Positions 1 to 13,300 of a stretch of 64,000 nucleotides of DNA are shown here, piece by piece (position 1 is the first letter of the stretch; each line of letters opens with the position of its first letter). This DNA is from Candidatus Omnitrophota bacterium (lineage in GTDB: Bacteria > Omnitrophota > Gorgyraeia > JACQQV01), in assembly GCA_016206785.1 (NCBI GenBank), contig JACQQV010000031.1:35860-99859 (forward strand). Direction: 5' to 3'. A program made the position numbers and the translations under genes. Under the pieces are notes generated by a model, which made no database searches, was not told the origin of the DNA, and worked only from the letters and a program-made list of their open reading frames with translations.

Positions 1-1212
<1,212 letters not shown>

Positions 1213-1240
1213 TGGTACCTCCGTTAAAAGTTTACTATAA

Positions 1241-1274
1241 CATAAAAAAGCGCGCCGGTCAATCAAGCGCGCTT
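1241..1274 (-). terminator. Rho-independent terminator downstream of the giant gene
   Basis: Inverted repeat AAGCGCGC(1248-1255)/GCGCGCTT(1267-1274) with an 11-nt loop. On the minus-strand transcript it is followed by CUUUUUUAUG (reverse complement of 1241-1250). Confidence 0.5.
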
Positions 1275-1300
1275 TGAAATGTGAGATTGAATCCTAAAAA

Positions 1301-4300
1301 TTACAGCCCTTTAAGCACCATGGTGGCGATCCGCTTCGCCTCAGCAAGTTCGTTTTGCACCTTTTCGCTTGTCATCAGTTTCCCGGCCTTACCGAATCCC
1401 TGCGTCACCTCGACAAGGAGGAGCTTTGTGGTTGTGTCAAGATCTTCAAGCCGGTCTTCCCTAAGGAGAGACATTTGCGAGGCAAGACTTGTCCCCAGAT
1501 ACACCTCTTTAAGGAAATCGACCGGTGTCTTCAGGGGGACCGTAAAAACCTTCTGCTCATTGATAGAGGAAATAAGGGCTTTGCGGTGGGGCCCAAATGC
1601 GAGAGAAACAGGAGAGAGAAGTCCATGCTTTTCGAGCCCGAACGCTTCTTGATCCGCCGGCGTCAAAAGAAAGACCGCGGATGGCTTTTCAGGGAGTTGA
1701 TCCAAACGGGTCTTGAACCGACCCGCCATCTTGTCGACCAAGGGAGCCCCATAGGCATAGCTCAATTCATCAAAGAGTTTTCTTCCTTCTGGCGTCGAAA
1801 ATTCTGGAGCGGCAAAGAATAAAAACCCTTCTGTCTGTTTTAAAAGGTAGGAAAGGACGTCTGGATTCGATGTTAAGTCCTCATCCAGGAGTCTCGATGC
1901 GCTTAACAACAGGATTGTGGATTGACTGATGTGATCCATCCGGCTTCCAATTTCAAGATGGAGGATGTCTTCCTCAACAGGCATCGGTATCCGTTTCGGA
2001 TCTAATTTTTTATTCTGACGAGAAAAGAGCTCCCGTACCAGGATGGTATAGAGCGTGCGGATCGAACCTCGATGCGCTTCGTCGGTTTTATTGAGTTCAT
2101 CAAGGAGGGGCTCCTCCTCAAACATCTTCGATAGGGTAATTGCTTTGGGACCCACGCTCTTCATAAGCGATGTGACCGCCTCCGCCAGCGAGACCTCTTT
2201 CTTCCCGCCGTCTTGGGCGTAAGATTGGACACGTTCCGCGAATCTGTCATTTTCTGCAAAAATCCAGTCGGGAAGTGGGAATCCTTTATCGACGAATTCC
2301 TCTTTGAGATATTCGGTTCGGCGCTCCGCCTCGGCGCCATAGAAGGCAGCGTCGTATCCGAGGACGGTATCGAGATTCGCACGGATGAGGGCGACGTTCG
2401 CCTTGTCCTCCGCCGTCATCTTCTCCGGTAAAAGATCGTCAAGAATCCGCTCAATTGCGGCACGGGTCGGCATATAACCGAGGGATGTTTCAACCGCCTC
2501 TCCCTTCCCCGTTGTATTCCCCTTGATCCGCTCGGTCGCCCAGATGACCGCAATCGTATTCCATGAATAACCGGGCCATAGGAAATTTCCATCGGCTCCC
2601 TTCTGGAACCAGTTCACATGGAAAAAGAGGGGTTTGTTCTCACCGAGTTTCTCGATCACGGCACGCTGATTGTCCAGATATTCCTTTTCACTGAGTCCAA
2701 AGAAAGGCTTCATCGCCACAGGGTCCGGCTCAACGGCACCCACCTTCACATCACTTGCGGCAGCGGTTGCCTCCCGGATGAGCATAAACTGATCGTAAAG
2801 ACCTGAGTTCAGATCCCGCGACTGATAAATGAGCGGGACCCCTTTGGACATCTTCCCCCCGACGAAGAAGGCATGAACGGTGAGGCCTTTCGGATCGTTC
2901 CATTTTGGCGAACGGTTCGGAACGTTCGTAATCCGGGTGGTAAACCGCGAGTTTGGATGGGCCCATTGGTCCACGTTCGGATGCGTCGCGGGACTTGCCG
3001 GCTCCCGTCTCCAGTTGATCCATCCCTCACCCGTCGGAAGTTCTTTTGTAAGTTTCCTCCACCACACTTCACCCGTAAAAACATTGTAGGCGACATTTGT
3101 AAAGACGGTTCCCGTATTGTCTCCGATCGCCTCCATGGCCACCGCATTGGAACGCTCATTGGTGTCGGGTGCTACCCCAAAAAGCCCACGTTCCGGGTTA
3201 ATGGCATGAAGTCTATGATCCTCTTCATCGACCCACGACCAGGTAATATCATCTCCAAAAAATTCTGTCCCATAGAGATGCTGAAGGGGTGCAGGAACTT
3301 GAAGCATCGCAAAATTGGTTTTGCCTGAAGCGCTCGGTGCCGCATCAAGGATTCCGAAAAGTCCACCGGTTGTTTTGTCACGGAATCCGAGCATCGCCAT
3401 ATGTTCGACAAGCCATCCCTGCTTGGCAGCAAGGTACCCCGCAATACGAAGCGAGACATGTTTTTTGCCGAGGATTGCATTCCCTCCGTACGCCGACCCA
3501 AAAGACCAGACTTCACCCTGATCGACCACATCGACAAAATAGCGATCATCATCTGTCAGTTTTTCAAGATCCCCTGTGGCCTGGACTCCCTCAATAAACT
3601 TTCCACCCTTTTCTTCCAAGGCAACCAACGCCTCCTCGCCCACGATGACCTCACCGACCGCTGCCATAATATCTTGATTGGTGAAAACGTAAGGATTGTC
3701 GGTTAACATCATCATCACTTGAGAAACAGGGGACTTTCTTAGTCCCATGAGGACCGGTACGACATACATCGTCTTCCCGGCATAAGAGCCCTTGACCTTC
3801 GCCTTCACTTCTGGAAGAAATTTCTCCGTGAGTCGATGATTGTTATACCGCCCTTTATCCGCAGGATTACTGGAGAGAACAAAGGTTCTCTTCTCCATCC
3901 GGGCCACATCGTTCACATCGGAGAAGGAAACCGAGGTACCGTTTTTCCGCCGGATGAAGTGCCCCGGACGTACGACCTCTTGGACGGCCTCCGTGAAGGA
4001 GAGGCCGTCGCCCGTAAGCCGCCGGATTTCTACCGCAACTTCTTCTTGCGTCCGCGCCACGCCAGCGATCGCTTCCTGAATGTCGTCCTGATTCAAAATA
4101 ACTTTGATGCTACCGGCGCCGACAAAGTCTACCATCTCCGAAACCCACCCCCGCGCCGCTTCGTTCTGGATTTTGGCTAACTGGATCGCCTGATTCTCTC
4201 TAAATTCTTTCCCACCCCCATCCGCGGCCCTCTTTGGAACATAAACGAGAAAAGCCATGTCCATGATGTTGGTCCCGGTGGGGCCTGTGATGATATGAAT

Positions 4301-7300
4301 TCCCATCTCTTTTGCAAAAGCCCCAGACTTAAAACGGCGAAGAAACTCTTCGGGATCAAGCCCCTTCTTTTGAGCCAAATCTACCGTCTCACTCGTTACA
4401 ACCGCCCCAGCACCCCCCCACCGACCATCCTTCCCATCGGTCGCCCCTGCCAAGAAGGTTGCCTTTCCGAGGTTCCTTTTCTCAAGTTGTAAGGAAGAAA
4501 GGAGATTCGCTACCGTTAAAGCAAGGTGACTATTTCTCCCACCCTCTCCTGCTCCAGGTGGTACCTCCACCTCTGGTTCCCCACCCCAAAGGAGCACGAC
4601 AGGCTCTTTTCCAAGATAGGGGGAGAGGGTTGATACCATTCGATCCGCTTCTTTTTCTACAGATTGGGTAAGGGGCTCGTCAATAATCACTGTCTTGAGT
4701 CCAAAGGAACGAGCCACCTCCGCCGCCCTCTCAAGACCGGGTCTATTTCCAAAGAGGAGCGCTGACTGAAAACGTTTTTGGTCGAGGAAGGTGTCACTAG
4801 GTCGAACCACTTTTTGTGTTTGTTCTTTGATGTTTTGTTCAATATCATCGCGTACCGTAAGAGGAACTTTGTCCCACAGTTTACGTTTTACGAGAATATC
4901 CTTCGCGTCTTGAAAAGTGCTTCTATCCCCAACGGTGTACCCGGAAGCGATATCTTCGAGTCGATCATACGGAACGTCAGACCCAAGGAGATTCACAAAA
5001 TATTTTGCATTTCCACCGAGTTTTAGAATCTCGGTCCGCTGATCGACATGCTTACGGATAATATTTTTGTCATGAATATTCATTCCTGAATCTTCAAGGG
5101 TTTGGTAGAGTTCCCGTAAATCCTTCAATGGAATTTCAGGAACGGGGAGAGCACCGATCGCGCTCCCTCCTCCCGAAATAAGGGTGATCACCATATCCTG
5201 AGGGGTCGCTTTGGCGAGGAGTTTCAATATTGCTTCAGTCCCCTCGGCCCCCTCCAAGCCTGGGGTTGGATGTTGACCGGCATACAGTTGAATGACACCG
5301 ATCTTGCCACGATATTTTTCCTTCTGTTCATGCCCATCGACACTCAACACACCCGCCGTGATCCGGTTCCCAAAAATTTTATGAAGCGCCTCGGCCATCC
5401 CGGCAACCACCTTGCCATATCCAACGACGTAAATATGTTTGACCTCGTTCAAATCATATTCACGTCTTTGGATCGTGAGTTTCTTTGAAAGAGCATCATA
5501 CACGACATTTCTTCTCACCGCATCCGAAGCATTGGCGCTTTGGATCGCCTCAAAGAACATCCGGTTTGCCAAAACCTCTTCAACCGGAACTCCAGGAACG
5601 GGATTCTTGGGAAAGGAGCCATCCAGAATTGCACTTAGGTTTTCAAACGCGATCTCCTGCATCCTGCGGCGGACAGGAATCACCGCGCTTCCTGTATGCC
5701 CTGTGATCTTTACATTGGAAAGTTCAAAAAGACCCTGCTTCGAACTTCCATTTGTATTGCTCTCATCAGTGAGCACATCGAAATGGCCCTGAGCCTCCGG
5801 GTGCTTTTTCAAATGAGCGATCATATCTTCTTCGTTTATAACGCCACCTCTTGAAGTATTGAGGTGGATCGCTTTAGGTTTGGTTTTCGCGAGGAATTCT
5901 CGATTCACCCAATGTTTGGTTTCTGAATTCAGATCAAAGAGGTAAGTGAAGATATCGGGTTCTTTAGCAAGGGTATCTTTATCGACCACTTGAATCCCCT
6001 GTCGAGAGGCGCGCGCGATATTATCGGAATTCTTTTCAAAAGTGAGCATCTTCATTCCCAATGCAGCCGCCCGTGAGGCAACCGCCTGACCGATCCGGCC
6101 GAATCCTGCGATCCCGAGCGTCTGTCCGGCAAGAGTCTTTTCAAACAATGCCCCTTCACGGCCCGATTTTACCCAAAGATCTTCAGGGTCAACAATGGTA
6201 TGGTGAACGCCATCAAGAGGAGTTGTTCCTGGAAGACGAATGACGTAATCTGCTTTCTCACGAAGTTCGTGGAGTTTTGGCACGATGGGAAAGTAGGTTA
6301 AACGAAGTTTCGATTCCTCTTCAGGAGTGAGCCGTTGATCCTCAGGGGCGAAGTAGACAATAGAAGCGATGCCGTGGGCGTTCGCAAATTCTGCAAGACG
6401 CTTACCCACCTCATTCATCCCCACAATCCCAAGAGAAGTTTTGACGCCGACCTCCGGATCGGCTCCCAATTGATCATGAAGAATGGTCGCCTCAGGGCCA
6501 ACACCACATCCACAATACTTCCCATCCCTGACAAACTGGTACATGTCACCCAAACGGAGGGACTGACGCAACAGTTCTCCCCAAAGGATCTCCGCCACCG
6601 CTTGCGGATGTTGGGGAATTGCTGCAAGAAGAACCTCTTCCAATTTCTTCTTTCCAATTTTTTCCTGAGAAATGGAATCGGTAAGGAGGTAGTTTGCGTT
6701 GAGCGCCTTCCCGATATTGAGCTCGGCCATCGCAATCGTTAAGGGGCTCCCGGTAGGCGTCTGTGCATTGGTCACAAAGATCCCCCGCTTCCGCGCCTCT
6801 TCGCGGTCCACATTGTTATACCCGATGCTGAATTGAAGAATCCCTTTTAAATGGGGGGAGGCGTCCATAACCTCTTTGTCAAAACTCAAATTGGTAAATC
6901 CGGTGATGTAGTCATAATCTCCCTTCCGGACAATTTCGAGAAATTGCTTTTGATCGAGGCGTTGATAGTAATCTTCTCCGGCTTTGAAAATTTCAGACCC
7001 GGTCCTCAGGACGTCGACATTAACGTCTCCTCTTTGTCTGTAGAGCTGGCGGACATTCTCATCCAAGGGCTCTATGACCAATACATTTGCTTTTGGATTT
7101 TCAACCCTCGTTCTTCGGACCTCGACTCCCGGCACGACCTCAACGATGGATTCCTCGGTAGGCTCCCGTACAACTTCTCTCCCTCCATCGCGAGAAGCTT
7201 CATAGGTCCCCTGTTCAAAGGAATGGCCTCCTGCACTCGGGTAGAAGCGGGCCATCCGGAATCGGTTCGAACCTTCTTCAATCGGATCAAACCGGTGGAT

Positions 7301-10300
7301 CCCCGTCTCTACAAGAGGTTCTGCGTAAATAGCGACTTCAAAGAGGATTTCATCACCGTCATTGATCACTTGATGAACCGGATTGATGACTCGCGTAATT
7401 TTTGAAATACTTCCCTTCCGAATGGATTCTTCCGAGACCTTTTCCAGAGAGACAATGTTTCCTGCTGTTTGTGAAACCATACGAAAACGCCTCTCCTTCC
7501 CACGCCCTTCACCGACGATGCAGAAGACACAAGCATTTCCACCATGATTATGAATAGGATTCCCTTGACCGGGAAGATACGCGATAATGCTTAATTCAAA
7601 ACGCTTTTGGGGATCGAGGTGAATCACAACGCGGGGGTAATCGGTAGGACCTTTGAGGCCTTGGACCTTTCGCTTGGCAATGATATCGAGGATGCCGATC
7701 TCTTTTAAGAAATCTGGGGAGCGCGGAAGGAGTTCGTCGGTTAAAATCCTTGCCAGGGTATCTGCAAGACTCTTCTGTTCTTTATCCGATAACTTCTGAC
7801 CTTTCTTTAAAGAATCTACCTCAGCCGTCACACGATCCACAACCGCCTGCGTCACAGCGCCATATTTTGTCCCCCCATCCGTTCCAGATTCATACTTGGC
7901 CGATTTTTCCGCCGCCTGAGAGGCCTTCCACTCTTCCACCGTCGGAAGTGGGAAGAAGGCATCGAAAAGCGGTTTCACAATTCGCCCATCCTGAATCGCC
8001 TCGAGAATTTTTTCTTTCTCGGGGCCAGGATCTTTATCGGCATCATTGAATCCAACTTGAAGATCCCGACGGATGAATTCATAAAGCGGTCGTGTGTTCC
8101 CAAGGAGGTGGCCTCCCCCTTGTTGCAAAGCTCTTTCTTTAGCCTGAGGGAGTAACAGATCAAGACGCTTCGCAAGAAGTTCCATAAACACCTTATAATA
8201 TCCAGCGACAGCCTTGGCGTCATTGACAAGGTTGACCTCCACAGACCCAACCGCTTTCGGATCGCTCCGAAGAATATCGTCAATTTCGCCCGCCAGCGGA
8301 TCAAAAAGCGGCTTATATCTTTCAGAAGAAGTAAATGCATAATAATAAGGAGGGATCGTTTTCGCTTTCTTGACCAAGTGCGCGGTCATGAGAGGTGCGA
8401 TGTCCTTCCAATTCGTTACGACACTTGGCAGTGTCTCCTCAACGGTTTTTGCAATCGCTTCCTCTGTGGCGTTCTGGTAGATCCGTTCAATATTCCGGAG
8501 GTCAACCGCCTGAGCCGTGGAATAGAGATGATTTACAAGCATGAGTTGAAGAACTCCAACTGCCTTTTGCGTATACCGCGCAGAAATCAGGGCCAGCGAA
8601 TTGACGTCTTGATTCCCCAGCTCTGCATTTTTGACGTGAGTGGTCACTGGATTCGCCAGATACTCCAGCTCCGATTGGTAACTCGCCATTCCGATTTCTG
8701 AACCCTTATCCCCAAAGTCGAGGTTCGGGTCAGATCCTGCGAGATTTTTAAGGAGGCCGTTGTTGTAGGCGTCGCTGTGAAGTTCGGTATATTGGGCAAA
8801 AAGAATCTGGCCGATCGCGGAGAGGGCAAGACGTGTATTCTCCATGGCGACACCGAGGGGTGTTCCCTGGAAATTCCCTCCGTGAAGCACGCGGTCTCCT
8901 TCAACATCAATAATCGGATTGTCGGTCACAGAGTTCATTTCGGTCGTCACCGCTTCGGTTGCCGCCAAAACGACCTCGAGTTGCGGCCCAATGGCTTGGG
9001 GAGCGGTCCGAATTCCGTAACGGTCTTGCCGCATCCTCCCCCTTTCAATCTTTTCTTTCCCGTCCAGCTCATCCCGTGAGAGCCGACTTCCCTTAAGAAG
9101 ATGCAGAAGGTTTTCACCCACTTCAATCTGTCCTAAGTGTGGTTTGATGGCTTGAATGACCGGATCGTAACTTTGATTCGTGCCGATAAGCGTTTCGACG
9201 CTCAAAGCGGTTGTCGCCTGGGCAAGCAGAGCGAGAATGTTGGCATCATACAACACGTGGGTTGCCAAGGCATTGGCGACAGAGGTGCCATTGACAAAAG
9301 CAAGGCCTTCTTTAGGCCCAAGTGCAATCGGTTCAATGCCGGTGATCTGAAGTGCTTCTCTGGCTGAAATTTCTTTTCCTTGATAGCGTGCCTTTGCCGT
9401 CTCTTTCCCCATGAGCACCGCAAGCATGTGAGAGAGCGGTGAAAGGTCGCCGCTCGCCGTGATCGAGCCTTTATTGGGTACAACAGGGGTAACCCCCTTG
9501 TTAAGGAGTGCCACAAGATTTTCCAAAACAAGCCAACGGAGTCCCGAATATCCTTTAATATTGGAATTGGCGCGGATGAGCATGGCACCACGCACCTCAT
9601 CCTCCGGAAGCGTCGGACCAAAGCTCGAATTCAAGAAACGGATCAGTTCTGCCTGCAGTCTTTGCACTTCATTTGTCTGGGCGCCCGCGCTTCCGCCATA
9701 TCCTCTGTTGACGCCATAAATATCCCTTCCTTCGGCAATCGCTTTCGCAAGCCATTCCACAGAAGCATCGACCTTTGCTCGGACCTTTAGAGAATCCGTC
9801 AAAGAAACCGGTACACCATGCTGAGCCACTGCGGCCACATGGGGAATAGTAAGGTCTTCCCCGGTGACCACAACTTTATCGGTACGTTTCAATCCTTCAG
9901 CAAGGGCAAGTACAAGATCCCGATGCTTCGTCTGTTTGACAATATTTCTGAGTCCTTTCGTGTCTCGATAAGTTTTCTCCACGAGTTGCGCTTTTTCTCT
10001 TTCAACTTGTTTTTCTCTTTCCTTCCGGGTATACAATTCTTCAATCTGTTTTGCGAATCGCTTTTCAATCTGTGGACGAATGAGAGAGCCTTTTGGTGAA
10101 AGCGGAAGCGGTTCTTCGCCTGGCGCCATAATCACAATATTTTCCCGACGGACCCTTGAATAATCAAGGAAGTATTGATTAACATCCTCGAAGAGCCCCC
10201 AGATCGCTTCCTCAATGTCCATCCACTGTTTTCCTTTGAAAGCCGCATAGTTCGGTTGGACAATGGCGATATTGTAGGGTCTCAAATGCCCCACCAAGGC

Positions 10301-13300
10301 AGCCTTTTGAATCAAGGGGCTGTCTTCAAGCGCCATTTCAATTGGAAGCGGATTTGTCTTTTCGCCTGTCGGATGTGCAAAAATTTCGTCGTTCCGACCC
10401 ACATAGACATATCCCCCCTCAACCTCTTGGAAAAGATCTCCCGTATGGAAACGTTCAGGTTCTTTAAAGACATCTTTTGTCGCCTCTTCATTTTTAAGAT
10501 AGCCGGCGGTCACGGTTGGACTATTGTCAAGGACGAGCTCTTTCCCTTCAAGACCCGGGGTAGAAACAAAGTCGGCGTTCACCCCAGGGATCACCCGAAG
10601 AGTCCGCCAATCGCGCTTTTTCGGGTCCCCCAAGAAGATCGCGCCTCCCACATCGGTCATCCCCTCGCCTTGGATGACATTTACCCCCTTCCCTTGGAAA
10701 TATTTTCCAGTCGCTTCTGAAAGAACAACGCCACCTGACATGATAAATTTAAGGCCCCCCAATGTATCAAGTATCGTCGGATCTTTCTCTGCCATTGCCT
10801 GGAATCCTTCGAGCATCCACGGAACGGTGTAGAAAACATTCGCCTTGGTTTCTCTTAAGGAGGCGAGGAGTTGATCGGGCGTCGGCGGTCCCGGTTTTAA
10901 CCGTGGGAAGGCATATTTGGCACCGACGTACAGATTGCCCAAAAACTCAAAAGGGAGCCCCATGACATGAAAGAACGGAAGCCAACCGAGGGTCATATCT
11001 TCGTCGGTAAAATCACCCTCCCAGGCGAGCCGCGAGGCCTCCCGGTTATAGAGGAGATTCTGATGGGTCAGCGGAACTCCTTTTGGCAGTTTGGTGGTTC
11101 CTGAGGTATAAAGGATCAGTGCAACGTCCTCCGGTTTTATATCAACAGGCGGGATTTCGACAGGGGCCTCACCCTCTTGCCAAGTCGCTAAAGAAATTTC
11201 ACCCTCCTGAAGTTTTTCAGGAGGAAGTGCATCCAGTACGAAGATTTTTTTGATGTTTAGATTTTTAGATTTAAGGTCACGGGCGGCCTGAAGGAAAGGA
11301 CCTGCGGAGACAATAAGGGAAGTCGCATCAGAATTGGACACCATATGTTCAAGCACGGGAGGTGGCGCACGAAAGCTCATTGAGACAACCGCCCCTCCCA
11401 ATCCCCAAACCCCCATCGCGGTTTCCACAAATTCAGGACGATTCGGTGAAAGGAACGCGATCCGATCTCCCGGCCGGACCCCTTCGGTATAAAGCGCTTT
11501 CTTCAGCCGTGCCACCTCTTTGTCAACTTGATTGAAGGAGACCTCTTGGTATCCCTGCGTCGATGGAACGACGAGAAATCCCCGATCGCCATATCTCTCC
11601 ACCTGCATCGCCCAAAGATCCGGAATCACTCCCGTCTTCAGGGTCAGTTCTCCAAGGCGAAGGTTCCGGTAGGCACCGTCTTTGGCGAACTTACCCGCAT
11701 GTTTCTTGATGATTTCCTGATGGAGCGCCGGTTCAATATTTTTCCCCGAAATCATCAAAACGACGGTCCTGGCGTTTTCAAAAAGATCGCGATGTGCAAG
11801 AAGTGCTGCCACAGAAAGGACCCCCGCTCCTTCCGCCACAATCCCTTTTCCTTGATAGTGCTCCTGGTGAAGGAGTGCGATGGCGCGTTGGATATCCTCT
11901 TCCGAAACTGACACGACACTTCCAACTTTTTCTTGAAAGATCTTAAAGGGGATGACGCCTGGGCGTTTGACCTTCGCGCCGTCCGCAAGGGTCTCCGGGG
12001 AATCAATTTCAACGATCTTTCCGCTTCTCAGAGAACGAAGCATGCTATCTGATCCGGATGCCTGAACCCCGATTGTTTCTGTCCGCGGAGAGAGGGCACG
12101 GGTCACCGTCGCAATTCCGGCCAGATACCCTCCGGTTCCTACAGGCGCAACGATAACGTCGGGAGTCACTCTGTCTTTTTCGAGAATCTCCAGCGCAACA
12201 GTCCCTTGTCCGGCGATGACCCAAGGTTCAACGGGCGAGATGAAAATATTGCCGCGCCGGAGCGCCTCGTTATACCAGGCTTTCCGGAGGACATCGTCAA
12301 ATTTACCAGTGACCGTTTCCAACCGTCCTCCCAGTCTCTCGATCGCCTGACGCTTCGTAGGAACGATATCCTTCGGAACAAAAATCAGATTGTCGACTCC
12401 AAAGCGGTTCGCAGCAAGGACGACCCCTTGGGCATGATTTCCCTGGGAAGGGGCGATCACGGTGATACCCTTCCGATCAGCGAGCGGAACATTTTCAAGG
12501 ACATGAGCCACTTTCGCAAGTGCCCCGCGCCACTTGTATGAACCGATGGAGGACTCGCTGTCCAGCTTCAGGTAGATGCGTCGGTCGGTTCCTTTTCCAA
12601 AGAAATATTCGCTCAGAACCGGCGAATAAATGAGGGGCGCTTCTTCCAAGTAAGGGCCCATGAGACGATAAACTTCCCGAACCCGATCGATATCCACGTA
12701 TCCGTAGCGGGGCTCAAGACGTGTCCACCGATCCTCTGAAACCGCATGGGGGGAATCGGGAAGGGTGGCAACTTCTTTCAAGGTTACGAAGACTTTCGCA
12801 AGCCGCAGATCGATAAAGTAAGGATCGAGGGTTTCAAGATAGGTCAGGTCGATCGTCTTTTCCGGCACCACGCCCCCCTCCTGCGTCAGAAATCTCACGA
12901 TCTGGATTATTTCTTCGTAAAGGGCTTCCTCATATTGGGTCGGGTCTGACACCTGACGGGACTTAAGGTAAGCAAGTTTATCGATCGGCTCCAAGAGTCT
13001 CAAGGAACCGTTGGGGGTATCCTTGCTCCGACTCATTGTGCCGATGATACGGTCCTGAGCCACCTGACCATCCTGCACGATTTGGAAAACGACCTTCCCG
13101 TCTCCTCGCATCTGGATGGTAAAGGTGACAAATTCATAAGGCCTATTCCCCACGTTGGATTCGAGGAGTCCTGCCACTTCCTGAATCGTTTTTCCTCCAC
13201 CGTCGCGGGCCATGGCAGTGCTGACTAAAAACATTCTTCCTCTCCCTGTCACATCCCCCGAAGGACCGATTGAGACTTCATTAGCCCAACTGCTTCTTCC

